Translations under genes and position numbers: made by a program | In this document: piece after piece, positions 47,293 through 57,383 of the stretch | Layout of the letters: every line of letters begins with the position of its first letter | How positions within the stretch are numbered: the stretch's first letter is position 1 | Source: an uncultured Calditrichaceae bacterium | GTDB taxonomy: Bacteria > Zhuqueibacterota > Zhuqueibacteria > Oceanimicrobiales > Oceanimicrobiaceae | Direction of reading: 5' to 3' | Assembly: GCA_964455375.1 (NCBI GenBank) | Contig: CAYVXE010000011.1 | Span: 2,255 to 66,254, forward strand | Length of the DNA: 64,000 nucleotides | Notes under the pieces: model-generated | Told to the model about the DNA's origin: nothing | Database searches by the model: none | Seen by the model: only the letters and a program-made list of their open reading frames with translations

Positions 47293-49719
47293 TTAAAACT
47301 TAAAATTCACGCCTATGGTAGGCAAAATCGGGAACATACCAATGTTGTCAATAACGGGATTAAGTCTTTCGCCGTTGCTCGTGGGTTTGGCATCATAATC
47401 TACAAACCAGACATTCCTCCTGTAGCCAACATTAAAAATCTGAAGGTACGGAAAAAGCGACCAGGTCTTGTAATGCTTCTCGTAGGTAAAACTCAAGTCG
47501 AGCCGCATGTAGGGCGGCAATCTCAATTCATTAATGCCGCTGGGATAGACCTCATGACTCACAAAATCCCAATCGGGCGCCGTATTTACAAAATAAGTCG
47601 AACCCGGCAGGGTGATGGGTTGACCGCTGGTGTAAACAAAGGTAAACCCGATGCGCCAGTTTGATTTGTGCGGCACAGGCGCTTCGCCACGCATCCAGCG
47701 TTTGAAATTCTTCCAGTCGAGGCTACCCACCAGGTTCAACGCATGTGTACGGTCATGGCGTGGGGCAAATGCCCTTCCCTGATTGATTCGGTCAAATCTG
47801 TATTTTGTGGATGCAAGACTGTAACTCAGCCAACCGGTGATTGCGCCGTAATCCTTTCGCAGCAAAAACTCAATGCCTTTGCTGTCGCCATCCCCGCGAT
47901 TGAGGATGCCATCGGTTCGAGTATAAACCGGGCTTTCACCTTCATAGCGATCGGGAGTGACTTCTACGCTAAAGATATTGTTGAAAGCATAGATGTTTTT
48001 GTAATCCTTGTAAAAAGCCTCTACCTCAATTTGATAGTCATCAGAAAAATCCTTGCTAATTCCGATAATGGCGTGCCTGGATGAAGATTCTTTTTGGGAG
48101 CGGTTCGAAGCAACCCAATTATCTGCCAGAAATGTCTTTCCTATTCTGTGCAAATATTGGTAGTAGATGCCAGTAGCGGCCTTGAGGTTGATCGAGTCTG
48201 TGACACGATACTTTGCCGAAAAGCGTGGCGCCAGATTCTTGAATTTCCTTCCGGCGTCGAACAGGTTATAGCGCAATCCTGCTTCCACATCCCATCGGTT
48301 GGTCGGTTTCCAGTTTCCGGACAGGTAGGCCGCATAGTGCCTGGGCCGTCGGTTAATATCAATGATACCGCTCTCCCATTGACGCCTGAAAATCAAGTGT
48401 AGATTCTTTTGTTCAAATCCCAGGCCTAAGTTGAAGACGTCGGACACGTAGTATTCGAAATCGCCCTTAAATGAAATATCAGAGATAAAGTTCTTTTCCA
48501 CAAACACCTGATCGAAAGTCTGGCTGAAATCAGCCCTGGAATCGAAACGGCTGCCGGTCACCCAGAAGTTGGCAAACAATTGCGGCGAAAAAATGCGTGT
48601 CCATCGGATGCTGCCCGTACGGTTGCCCCAATCGTACGTGAGTCCGGTTCCGGCTTTGTCTTTAGCTCTTTGGTTGTAGGTCAGACCCAGGTTATCGGTG
48701 CTGCCATAGCCACTAATGGTCAGCTTATTCCTGTCGTTGAGGTCAAAGAACGCTTTGATATTGCCATCGAAGAAATAATAGTCCGGAGCGTTGTTGATAA
48801 ACGGGGCGACGGTCTTATCAAAGTAGGTACGTCGAAACGAGCCCGACAGCGAGCCGACATTGCCTATTGGCATCTGAATCGTCATTTTTGCGCTGAGCAG
48901 GCTAACAGAGCCGGTCGCCTCAAAGCGCTCACGATTACCATCCAGATTGATTACGCTCAGAACCGAAGACAACCGTCCGCCATATTTTGCTCCAAACCCA
49001 CCTTTGGAAAGCTCCACCTGTTTGATGGCGTCGGTAATGAAGGTGGAGAAAATGCCAAAAGCATGCTCAGGGTTATAAACGTCCGTCCCGTCCATCAAAT
49101 ACAGGTTTTGATCGGGTGTGCCGCCGCGCACATACAGCGCCGATGAAAAATCGGATACCGGCAAAACACCCGGCAGCGTTTGCAGCGACCTCAACAAGTC
49201 TGTCTCCGCCACCTGCGGAATTTGGTTGATTTGCCGTGGCGAGAGCCTGAGAGTGGACACGTCCTTCTCGAACAATTTTTCGGCTGTGGAAATCGTCTCG
49301 TCCGTAATAACAATTTTTTCCATGATAATATTTTTGGCATGTAAACTTACTTTAAAGGTCTTCTCGTCCCCAACCGTTAACGAGATATCTTGTCTGTAAG
49401 TTTTGTAGCCGATGTAGCGAACAATCAGTGTGTAATTACCGACAGGAACGTGCGGGATGACGTAGTAGCCGCTGCTGTTTGAGCTACTTCCGATTTGCGT
49501 TCCTTTCAGAAAGACGTTCGCGCCAATCAACGCCTCGCCGTTAGAGACATCATAAACGTAACCGCTGATTGTCGCAACCTGCCCGTCCTCGACAAATGCG
49601 AATGCACCAGAAGCCGCGGCTAGGCACAGCAAGATTAAGAGCTTTCTCATAAAAAAACCTCCTTTAATGCAAAACCGTAGTGTCACAAGTATGGGCTCAC
49701 TCCGGTCAGGCCCCCGCAA
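47293..49719 (-). CDS. TonB-dependent receptor with CarboxypepD_reg N-terminal domain
   Basis: QVATISGYVYDVSNGEALIGANVFLKG... is followed by a plug and a 22-strand barrel. It ends in F. Confidence 0.85.
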   Translation of the reverse strand: MRGPDRSEPILVTLRFCIKGGFFMRKLLILLCLAAASGAFAFVEDGQVATISGYVYDVSNGEALIGANVFLKGTQIGSSSNSSGYYVIPHVPVGNYTLIVRYIGYKTYRQDISLTVGDEKTFKVSLHAKNIIMEKIVITDETISTAEKLFEKDVSTLRLSPRQINQIPQVAETDLLRSLQTLPGVLPVSDFSSALYVRGGTPDQNLYLMDGTDVYNPEHAFGIFSTFITDAIKQVELSKGGFGAKYGGRLSSVLSVINLDGNRERFEATGSVSLLSAKMTIQMPIGNVGSLSGSFRRTYFDKTVAPFINNAPDYYFFDGNIKAFFDLNDRNKLTISGYGSTDNLGLTYNQRAKDKAGTGLTYDWGNRTGSIRWTRIFSPQLFANFWVTGSRFDSRADFSQTFDQVFVEKNFISDISFKGDFEYYVSDVFNLGLGFEQKNLHLIFRRQWESGIIDINRRPRHYAAYLSGNWKPTNRWDVEAGLRYNLFDAGRKFKNLAPRFSAKYRVTDSINLKAATGIYYQYLHRIGKTFLADNWVASNRSQKESSSRHAIIGISKDFSDDYQIEVEAFYKDYKNIYAFNNIFSVEVTPDRYEGESPVYTRTDGILNRGDGDSKGIEFLLRKDYGAITGWLSYSLASTKYRFDRINQGRAFAPRHDRTHALNLVGSLDWKNFKRWMRGEAPVPHKSNWRIGFTFVYTSGQPITLPGSTYFVNTAPDWDFVSHEVYPSGINELRLPPYMRLDLSFTYEKHYKTWSLFPYLQIFNVGYRRNVWFVDYDAKPTSNGERLNPVIDNIGMFPILPTIGVNFKF

Positions 49720-49731
49720 TGCGATTCACTT

Positions 49732-50604
49732 TTATTCAGGATAAGTAAATCTAATAGGCCTCGAATCATTGCTTGCTCCGAAAATTCCAAAGGCCCCTGC
49801 AATGTTTGAGTTGATAAATACGGGTTCAATAAAAGGATTCACTTTTGCACTTTTCTGGCGATCCAGGTCATCAAAGAATCGTGCGCTTGCAGCATCAAGA
49901 GTTTCCAGAAATACAAGTGCAGTATCCCCTACCTGATGCTGGAATGCGGGCTCAATGACGATTGTCAAAGGAGCCCCATCTGTGTTTTTGTCAAAAAAAA
50001 CAGAGCGGCCTATTTCTGAGGCGAAGTATGGTCCGTTAGCACAATTCGGAATATCTGTGTTTGACGACTGCAACGTTCGGTCCATTCGATAACGGTAGTA
50101 GTTCTTCTCATTCGGTAAATCACGAAACGAGACGACGACACCTTCATGCTCTCCATAAAGATCACTGAAGGCCGCGATATACGAAATTGAATCGATCTGT
50201 ACCGCGTCTATATTCATTTCAGTGTCCGCTTCATAGACATTGCCATTATATTCAATCTTTAGATGATAACTCTGTCCCTGCAAAACGGGAATTCTACCCT
50301 GGTAAAAAAATTCTTCCCGGCACTGATAGTAATTATACTTACTGACAGTGTGGAGCGTATCTATCCCGTTTACACTACTTATCGTGACCAGAGCGTCATT
50401 CACAAACAAGTCCAGGTTTTTTGTGAGAGAATCAAAAAAAGCGACTGATTTACCAAGATGCAGCGTCGGAACGTGGTTAGGTTGAAGAATACACTCTACT
50501 GCTAACTGACTTTGATAAGGCTTTAATGTGACATTTATGTTTTTTTCACAACTATTTAATATCAAGAATGCGAGCATGAGAGTTATTATTTTTATCTTTG
50601 TCAT
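49732..50604 (-). CDS. DUF4249-family lipoprotein
   Basis: A lipobox (ILNSCEK) is present. It lies 12 nt downstream of the TonB-dependent receptor at 50620-52920. Confidence 0.65.
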   Translation of the reverse strand: MTKIKIITLMLAFLILNSCEKNINVTLKPYQSQLAVECILQPNHVPTLHLGKSVAFFDSLTKNLDLFVNDALVTISSVNGIDTLHTVSKYNYYQCREEFFYQGRIPVLQGQSYHLKIEYNGNVYEADTEMNIDAVQIDSISYIAAFSDLYGEHEGVVVSFRDLPNEKNYYRYRMDRTLQSSNTDIPNCANGPYFASEIGRSVFFDKNTDGAPLTIVIEPAFQHQVGDTALVFLETLDAASARFFDDLDRQKSAKVNPFIEPVFINSNIAGAFGIFGASNDSRPIRFTYPE

Positions 50605-50619
50605 TTTTCTCTCTTATGT

Positions 50620-52920
50620 TTAAAAGCTGAAATTATAACTAATACTTGGGAGCACGGGCAGCAAAGAGACCTCTTTAGCCAGAGGTTTGCGAGAGACGGC
50701 ATCCACATCCACGTAAACAAAATAAGGATTGTGACGATTACTCAAATTGTAAACACTAAAAACTAATTCAGCATCGTAGGTTTTCTTGAAAATTCTGGTT
50801 TTGTGTTTGTAAGAGAATGTCAGGTCAAAGCGTTGATATCGCCTTAGACGATAATTGTTTTTGCCTGTATAAATATCGAAAACGCCATTGTACAAATCAC
50901 CGCCTTCAAAAATGTCAACTCTGCCTACGGGTAAAGTCATGGGGTGCCCTGTCGTAATAACAACGTCTGTAGATACTGTCCATTTTTTACTCAGTTCATA
51001 TACGGCTACGAACGATAAATCGTGCCGCTTGTCATACTTAAATGGGAATGACTTCCCAAAATTTAAGTCCTTAAACTGTTGATTCGTCCAGGACAGAGTA
51101 TAGGAAAGCCAGCCCGTGAAGCGACCTCTTGCTTTTCTTAGAAAGAACTCCACCCCATAAGACCATCCTTTGCCAAAAACAAGTTGTTTGTCTATGTTGG
51201 TCTGTTCGTCTAATCGAGTACCCTCCTTAAAAGCCACCTGGTTTTTCATGGTTTTATAATATGTCTCTATACTTGCTTCATACCTACCGTCGTGAAAATT
51301 ATGAAAATAACCGAGGGCAATTTGCTCAGAACGTTGCGGTTTGACCACATCGCTAGTTGGCAGCCAAATGTCTGTGGGAAGCGAAGCCGTGGAACTTGGG
51401 ACGAGGTGAACAAACTGATTCATCATTGTATAAGCTGCTTTTATAGAGGATTGGTGAGTCAAGGTGAATTTAGCTGTGGCCCTTGGCTCAATTCTATAAT
51501 AGGAAGCATTGCCACCGTGAAACCCCGGAACTCGCAAACCCAGATTCATTCCGAAACGGTCGGAAATATCAAACTCGTCATTAATATAAACGCTTGCTTC
51601 CGTGGCATATTTTATTTGAATGGTGCTTGTGTTAATAGTTGATACAAGAGAGTCTCGCGGGACAATGCCAGTGGTGCCGGTCGGGGTGAATGCATGATGT
51701 GTAAAATTGAGACCTAATCTAATAGTGTGGTGAGGGTTTGGGAAATATTCAAAATCCGTTTTCATGTTGAAATCATTTATTTTTGAATAAAACTCTGAGA
51801 AAAAATTGCCTTGAATCGTCTTGAGGTTGAGCAGATAAAAGTTATAAATTAGTGAAGTGTTGGCAAATAACTGATTTCCGAAAAGGTGATTCCAGCGAAA
51901 CGTTCCCGTGCTATTGCCAAATTTTAGAGCATAGTTAAGACTGTTAGCATCTATATAAGATGCGTTGTCCTTTCCTGTGAAAAAACTCAAAAATATTTTA
52001 TCTTGTTCAGAAAATTTATAATTGACCTTGGCATTCAAATCGTAAAAAATGTAATTGGTTTTCGAATTTCTTCTTGCTACTTTTTGTATTAAGTCCAAGT
52101 ATGTTCTACGAGAAGAAACTATGAAAGAGGCTCTATCTTTTAGAATAGGGCCTTCCACCGTCAACTTAGATGCTATCAATCCAAGACCACCGTCGACATG
52201 ATAGGATTTGTTATTTCCTTCTTTCATCGAAATTTTTAAAATAGAGGATAAACGGCCGCCGTATTGTGCCGGAAATCCACCTTTGATCATCGAAACATTA
52301 TTTATTGCCCTGGAATTAAATGTACTCAACAACCCGAAAAGGTGATTGGGGTTGTATACCACAGCTTCATCCAGCAGCACGAGATTTTGGTCTGCATTGC
52401 CGCCACGAACGTAAAATCCAGTAGTACCCTCCGAGCCTGACTGTACTCCCGGCAGAAATTGCAAGACTTTTAGCACGTCTGTTTCTCCAAGAATTGCCGG
52501 CAATTGCCTCACCATCCTCACAGGAACATCAATAACACCCATCTGCTTTCTTTCCACGTTTTCGTTTTTTTTTCGGGCTGTGACAACAAGTCCTTCCATA
52601 GAAATGGTTGTTGGCACAAGCCTGATGTCCAGTCTTAGGTTTCTTTTTATGAATAACTTCTTGACTTGTGGTTCATATCCAATGTAGGAAAAAACAGTTG
52701 TAACACTGTCAGCCACCGGAATTGAAATGGAATAGAAACCGTATGTGTTTGTTGTCGTCCCCAATCTTAGTTTGCTGACGTACACATTGGTGCCTATCAA
52801 CGCTTCGCCGTTGGAAGCATCATAAACGAAACCATTAATTGTTGCGACCTGCCCCCCCTGCCCAAATGCGCACGGTGTAAGGCCGGCGACAGTGCACAGT
52901 AAAATCAAAATCCTTCCCAT
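50620..52920 (-). CDS. TonB-dependent receptor with CarboxypepD_reg N-terminal domain
   Basis: QVATINGFVYDASNGEALIGTNVYV... is followed by a plug and barrel. It ends in F. Confidence 0.85.
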   Translation of the reverse strand: MGRILILLCTVAGLTPCAFGQGGQVATINGFVYDASNGEALIGTNVYVSKLRLGTTTNTYGFYSISIPVADSVTTVFSYIGYEPQVKKLFIKRNLRLDIRLVPTTISMEGLVVTARKKNENVERKQMGVIDVPVRMVRQLPAILGETDVLKVLQFLPGVQSGSEGTTGFYVRGGNADQNLVLLDEAVVYNPNHLFGLLSTFNSRAINNVSMIKGGFPAQYGGRLSSILKISMKEGNNKSYHVDGGLGLIASKLTVEGPILKDRASFIVSSRRTYLDLIQKVARRNSKTNYIFYDLNAKVNYKFSEQDKIFLSFFTGKDNASYIDANSLNYALKFGNSTGTFRWNHLFGNQLFANTSLIYNFYLLNLKTIQGNFFSEFYSKINDFNMKTDFEYFPNPHHTIRLGLNFTHHAFTPTGTTGIVPRDSLVSTINTSTIQIKYATEASVYINDEFDISDRFGMNLGLRVPGFHGGNASYYRIEPRATAKFTLTHQSSIKAAYTMMNQFVHLVPSSTASLPTDIWLPTSDVVKPQRSEQIALGYFHNFHDGRYEASIETYYKTMKNQVAFKEGTRLDEQTNIDKQLVFGKGWSYGVEFFLRKARGRFTGWLSYTLSWTNQQFKDLNFGKSFPFKYDKRHDLSFVAVYELSKKWTVSTDVVITTGHPMTLPVGRVDIFEGGDLYNGVFDIYTGKNNYRLRRYQRFDLTFSYKHKTRIFKKTYDAELVFSVYNLSNRHNPYFVYVDVDAVSRKPLAKEVSLLPVLPSISYNFSF

Positions 52921-53039
52921 GAAACAACCTCCTGTTTAGCTCCAAAACTATCATTCAAGGTTTTTGCGTTACAGCATCGCTCAAGATCGACTTCTTGCCG
53001 GGTCCTCAAGCGGGAAGTCCACAAAGTTTCCGGTACTTC

Positions 53040-54239
53040 CTATGAATCTTTTTCAACATTATGTTCGCGGATGTCATGCTTCTTTGTACCCAGCTCCCTC
53101 GCAAAAGCAGTCTCACTCATCAATTGCTTATAAATCTTCACATAAGCCTGTGCCGCACGGTCCCACGTAAAGTGCTTCGCCTTCTTCAAACCCTGTTTAC
53201 GCAGCCGTTCCCGGACTGAATTATCATTTATGATCGTTCGCATGGCGTTGGCGATTTCTGCAACCGAACTCGGGTCGTTGATCATCCATGCGGCGCCGGC
53301 CGCGATTTCCTTGAGCGAGGCGACATTGGACGCGATGACCGGGCAGCCAAAAGCGAAGGCCTCGATAACCGGCAGACCAAATCCTTCCCACAGCGAGGGG
53401 AAGCTAAGCAACAAAGCGTGCTTCATTAAGAAAGCGAGTTCAGCATTAGAAACGAGACCGGCATAGTCGATATGGTTCTCTATATTAAGTTGTCGCGCAA
53501 GTGCTTGCAACCGGGAGCGCGTGTCACCCCGCCCAACGACAAGTAACCGGACGTCGGCATGTCTCGGCTCGCGCCTTATTTGAGCGAAAGCGCATAGGGT
53601 GCCTTCCGGATTCTTATAAGGGCGCCCGTGCCCGACACTTAGAATAAACCGACACTCTCTGTAGCGCCGGATGTCAGCACTTACTTTACCCGAATTAAAA
53701 TCTTCACGACTGACGCCGTTGTGGATGACCGAAACTTGTTTTTGATTTTCCGGATACAGATAAAAAAGGTCTTGTCTGGTCTGGTTAGAAATACACACAA
53801 TATGATCAGCAACCCGCACCATTTGTGCATACATTGGTCGCCCATACAGGCTGTTCATCCATCCCTTCCATGGCACGGGAGCAGCGATGGATGGTCGTTG
53901 GATCCAGTTAAAATCGTGCACGGTGACAACCGTTTTCACAGTTCTTGGTACACAAAACGGGAGGAAGTCGTGTAGTGAATGATAAATGGATGGCCGATAG
54001 CGCTGCAAGATACGTCCAAAGTAAAAAGCGTTGCGCAACGACGCGATATCATAAGGGAAATGAACGATACGAAACCGCGGGTCTGAAATGATAGGCTCCG
54101 TGACAGATGTCCGTTGGATTAGCAGATACTCATTTTTGTCATCAAACCGCGCTATATTACGAATGAGGTTACCCGCGACGCGTCCGAGACCGGTGTGCAC
54201 TTCGCGTACGCTACGCGCATCAAAAGCAATAACTCCCAT
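53040..54239 (-). CDS. GT4-family glycosyltransferase (paralog B)
   Basis: 399 aa. It is about 70% identical in amino acids to 40025-41209, with long runs of identical nucleotides. It carries the EGFGLPVIEAFAFGCPVIASNVASLKEIAAGAAWMI block. Confidence 0.85.
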   Translation of the reverse strand: MGVIAFDARSVREVHTGLGRVAGNLIRNIARFDDKNEYLLIQRTSVTEPIISDPRFRIVHFPYDIASLRNAFYFGRILQRYRPSIYHSLHDFLPFCVPRTVKTVVTVHDFNWIQRPSIAAPVPWKGWMNSLYGRPMYAQMVRVADHIVCISNQTRQDLFYLYPENQKQVSVIHNGVSREDFNSGKVSADIRRYRECRFILSVGHGRPYKNPEGTLCAFAQIRREPRHADVRLLVVGRGDTRSRLQALARQLNIENHIDYAGLVSNAELAFLMKHALLLSFPSLWEGFGLPVIEAFAFGCPVIASNVASLKEIAAGAAWMINDPSSVAEIANAMRTIINDNSVRERLRKQGLKKAKHFTWDRAAQAYVKIYKQLMSETAFARELGTKKHDIREHNVEKDS

Positions 54240-54285
54240 GATCTTTCTCCCGATTAAATTATACTGTTACAACAGTCATTTTCGA

Positions 54286-55476
54286 TTAGTAAATTATTGC
54301 CGTGAGCCCGAGACTAACCGTAAACGCACTTAAGCCATCGGAACGGTTATAACGTGCAAAACGCAAATCAACTCTCTTTAAACCCAAAGCCTTGTTTCCC
54401 AGGATGACCGACAGCGGATAGTAGCGCAGACCAAAACCGTATTTGTTGCTGTGGAATGCGGCAAGGTCATAGTCCGAGGTGTAATACGCATCATCGGGCT
54501 GGTGCTGCCCAAATTTCGCGAAGTATTTGGCCCTGCTTTGATGATGATAACGGTAGAACGGCTTGACGGAAATCGCCCGGCTTATTCGCAACGGTAACTC
54601 GACGCTGAAAGTGTTGGCGCTGATTTTGAAATCATCGCGAAAGTAGCGGTAGTAAAAACGCGTGATCACAAAGTCGTTCACGTAGTAATTAAAACGCAGC
54701 GCCACAGGCAGTTTGAACCGCGTGCTCGGTAGCCTTTCGATTCTCGGTAAAGATTCACCCGAAAAATAGACCCGGTGGAAAGGCGTGGCTAAATAGCCGG
54801 TTTGATAGACAACATCAGTGTTAATCGAGGCCTGTGCCCTTTTTGACAGCACCTGTGAGTAGGTAACCGAGAGATTATACGTTTTTCTACCTGTGGACGG
54901 GTAGCTTAGCTCTTCGTTGTGAATTTGCTGTTCGGGCGGACGTAATTCAAACGGCGTGATCAGATCGAGATTGTCCAGGAACGCCTGGCCGCTCACATTC
55001 AGTTCTCTGTTTCCATCCAGAGACGATTTTGCCCAATTGGCTCCAAATGAGAATGAGCGGTAATCGTACTCGGCGGAGGCTCCAACATTGATGCCGTAGG
55101 TGGTTGTGCTGTTCGGATTGGTGATGCGATAGCCGACGTTCACATGGGTGCGCGTGTCCCCACTAGAGGCGCCGGACACCACAGGATCGATATTGTCCGA
55201 GGACGCGGACGAGTAAACGTCGACTCCCAAGTTCAGGGAAAGTTGCTGGTTGCTTTTGATCGGCAGGTTGACAATAATCATTGGAGCTGAATCATGCAAT
55301 TGCTCCGTACCGTTGCCGCCAGTGACCGCCGAATGATCGCCAGCCTGCCTATAATAGTCCAGAAGAAAGTTGACCTCAATCGGATGGCGCTTTCCTGAAT
55401 TATTCTCTTGAGAATAGAGACCTGTGGCCCCGGTAAAGAACAGAACTAAAACCAGAAGTCTGCTGATTAATTGCAT
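54286..55476 (-). CDS. DUF3570-family putative outer-membrane beta-barrel protein
   Basis: A signal peptide is followed by Tyr/Arg-rich amphipathic beta-strands. It is the last gene of the ApbE operon and overlaps DUF4266 by 10 nt. Confidence 0.65.
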   Translation of the reverse strand: MQLISRLLVLVLFFTGATGLYSQENNSGKRHPIEVNFLLDYYRQAGDHSAVTGGNGTEQLHDSAPMIIVNLPIKSNQQLSLNLGVDVYSSASSDNIDPVVSGASSGDTRTHVNVGYRITNPNSTTTYGINVGASAEYDYRSFSFGANWAKSSLDGNRELNVSGQAFLDNLDLITPFELRPPEQQIHNEELSYPSTGRKTYNLSVTYSQVLSKRAQASINTDVVYQTGYLATPFHRVYFSGESLPRIERLPSTRFKLPVALRFNYYVNDFVITRFYYRYFRDDFKISANTFSVELPLRISRAISVKPFYRYHHQSRAKYFAKFGQHQPDDAYYTSDYDLAAFHSNKYGFGLRYYPLSVILGNKALGLKRVDLRFARYNRSDGLSAFTVSLGLTAIIY

Positions 55477-55691
55477 CCGCAGCCTCCACCGACTTTGCCG
55501 CCGTTGGCCCCGGCAGCGCCCTCGCGGTAGGTTTCGAAATTGGTTTCGTATACTTGCAGGTTTTCATCCGCCAACTGCATATCTTCATCGTTCAAATACA
55601 TTTTCTGGTAGGGCTTGACCGAGGCGCAGCTCGTGTAAAAACCACACATGCTCACGACACCGGCTACGAGGATCCAATTGATTCGCTTCAT
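55467..55691 (-). CDS. DUF4266-family small lipoprotein
   Basis: 74 aa with a lipobox (FYTSCAS) and a C-terminal Gly/Cys tail (GGGCGCN). It overlaps ApbE by 4 nt. Confidence 0.65.
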   Translation of the reverse strand: MKRINWILVAGVVSMCGFYTSCASVKPYQKMYLNDEDMQLADENLQVYETNFETYREGAAGANGGKVGGGCGCN

Positions 55692-56728
55692 CTCATCGTT
55701 CCTTTATAAAAATTCAGATGCAAATTCTTCGACGTGAAGATCAGGTTCCGGTCATTGATTAGGAGACCCTCAATCCTGTCCAGGCGATTGAGGAGATCGA
55801 TGCCGTCCTTTTCGCCCAGAATAAATACCGAGGTGGCCAGAGCGTCGGCCAGTTCTGCATCGGGACAAATGATAGTGACGCTCTTAGTGCCCGTGGCCGG
55901 CATCCCGGTTTTGGGATTGATGATATGCGTGTAGCGCTTGCCATCGAATTCCACATATTTTTCGTAGTTGCCGGAGGTGACCACCGCCTGATTGCTCATG
56001 TTTAACCAACAGAAGGTTTTGTCCTTGTCATTGGGGTCGGTGATACCAATCTTCCAATCCTGACCTTTTTCTTGTGTACCCCAGGCTATTAAATCGCCAC
56101 TGGCGTTCACCACCCCGCTGGTGATGCCCATGGCCACCATCACGGCTTTCGCTCTGTTTGCGGCATAACCTTTGCCAATGCCGCCAAAGCCAATTTTCAT
56201 CCCCTTTTCTTTCAGGAAAACTGTATGATTTTTCGCAACCAAAATGATATTTTTGTAATTTACTTTCGCAACCGAGGTCGCCAATTCCTCCTTGGTGGGA
56301 AGCCGGGTCATAGAGCCGTCAAATTTCCAGATTTTGTCCATGGACGCGTAAGAGACGTCGAAAATACCATTGGTTAGTCGGGAAACTTTCTTGCTGCGGC
56401 GAATGAGCTCAAACAATTCTTCATCTACCGCCAACGGCCGGACACCGGCGTTGCGGTTAATCAGACTGGTTTGAGAATTCGGGTTCCAAGACGAGATCAT
56501 CTTTTCGATGCGTTGGATTTCCCGAATGGCCGCTTCGATGCCGCGCCATGCCAGAGCCTCGTCGTCAGATACGGCGATGATCTCAAAGCGCGAGCCCATG
56601 AGCTTAAGTACCTTTTTATAAGTGTGAGTCGCAGTCTTGTCCACTGCCCCCCAACTGCCCGTGGTGCTTGCTGAGATGATCAAGAAAGAGAAAATAAGAA
56701 TCGTGAGTACTTTACTTTGAGCCTTCAA
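55688..56728 (-). CDS. apbE: FAD:protein FMN transferase (ApbE family)
   Basis: A signal peptide is present, with the ApbE-typical blocks GIGKGYAAN, VNASGDL, VVTSGNYE and THIINPKTG. Confidence 0.8.
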   Translation of the reverse strand: MKAQSKVLTILIFSFLIISASTTGSWGAVDKTATHTYKKVLKLMGSRFEIIAVSDDEALAWRGIEAAIREIQRIEKMISSWNPNSQTSLINRNAGVRPLAVDEELFELIRRSKKVSRLTNGIFDVSYASMDKIWKFDGSMTRLPTKEELATSVAKVNYKNIILVAKNHTVFLKEKGMKIGFGGIGKGYAANRAKAVMVAMGITSGVVNASGDLIAWGTQEKGQDWKIGITDPNDKDKTFCWLNMSNQAVVTSGNYEKYVEFDGKRYTHIINPKTGMPATGTKSVTIICPDAELADALATSVFILGEKDGIDLLNRLDRIEGLLINDRNLIFTSKNLHLNFYKGTMR

Positions 56729-57383
56729 CCTGTGCCAATCTTATTTTGCCGATTAATCTTTTCAAGTGTGCAACATACTTCCCGGCGTCTTCGCGCTGGT
56801 ATCCGCTAATACGGCCAGCTACGTTGCCATCCTTATCGAGTAAAACAACCAGAGGAAACTCGCCTCTTTGGTTGTATCTCTCAGCCAGGTGCTCATTATA
56901 GGCAGCCTGCTCTCTGGAAAGCCGGTTCCTCTTTCGCGCTGGAAAATCGATGCGCACAAGTAGCAGATTCTCCCTGGCAAACTTTGTGAAAACTTTCGAT
57001 TCGAACACCCCCTGTTCCAACAGCATGCACGGGCGGCACCAGTCAGAACCCGAGAAGCAAACCAGTATCGCTTTCTGATCCTTCTGTGCTTGCCTTTCCG
57101 CCTGTTCAAGATTTGTAAGCCAGGGTGAGAGAGGTTTTCCATTTCTGTGGTCTGTAAAACCAGTTAAGAGCATTGTCATTACAAGTGAGAGCAGGAACAG
57201 AAGACCTCCTGCTTTCCGGTTTCGAGAGTTGATCCTCGGACCGATTGAAAAGATCAACATGGGTTTATCATCCTTGTTAGCATTCTGTTGCAGAAATACG
57301 CTACGCTGATTTTTGCATTCCATCCCGAACCAGCGTCTCGCAAAAGCGCGTAAGAAAACAGTTTTGAATTTTGCAGATTTCAT
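56712..57383 (-). CDS. Membrane-anchored thioredoxin-fold protein (TlpA/DUF255-like)
   Basis: A TM anchor is followed by a periplasmic domain with a WCRPC redox motif (Cys-x-x-Cys). It overlaps the upstream lipoprotein gene by 4 nt. Confidence 0.7.
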   Translation of the reverse strand: MKSAKFKTVFLRAFARRWFGMECKNQRSVFLQQNANKDDKPMLIFSIGPRINSRNRKAGGLLFLLSLVMTMLLTGFTDHRNGKPLSPWLTNLEQAERQAQKDQKAILVCFSGSDWCRPCMLLEQGVFESKVFTKFARENLLLVRIDFPARKRNRLSREQAAYNEHLAERYNQRGEFPLVVLLDKDGNVAGRISGYQREDAGKYVAHLKRLIGKIRLAQVEGSK

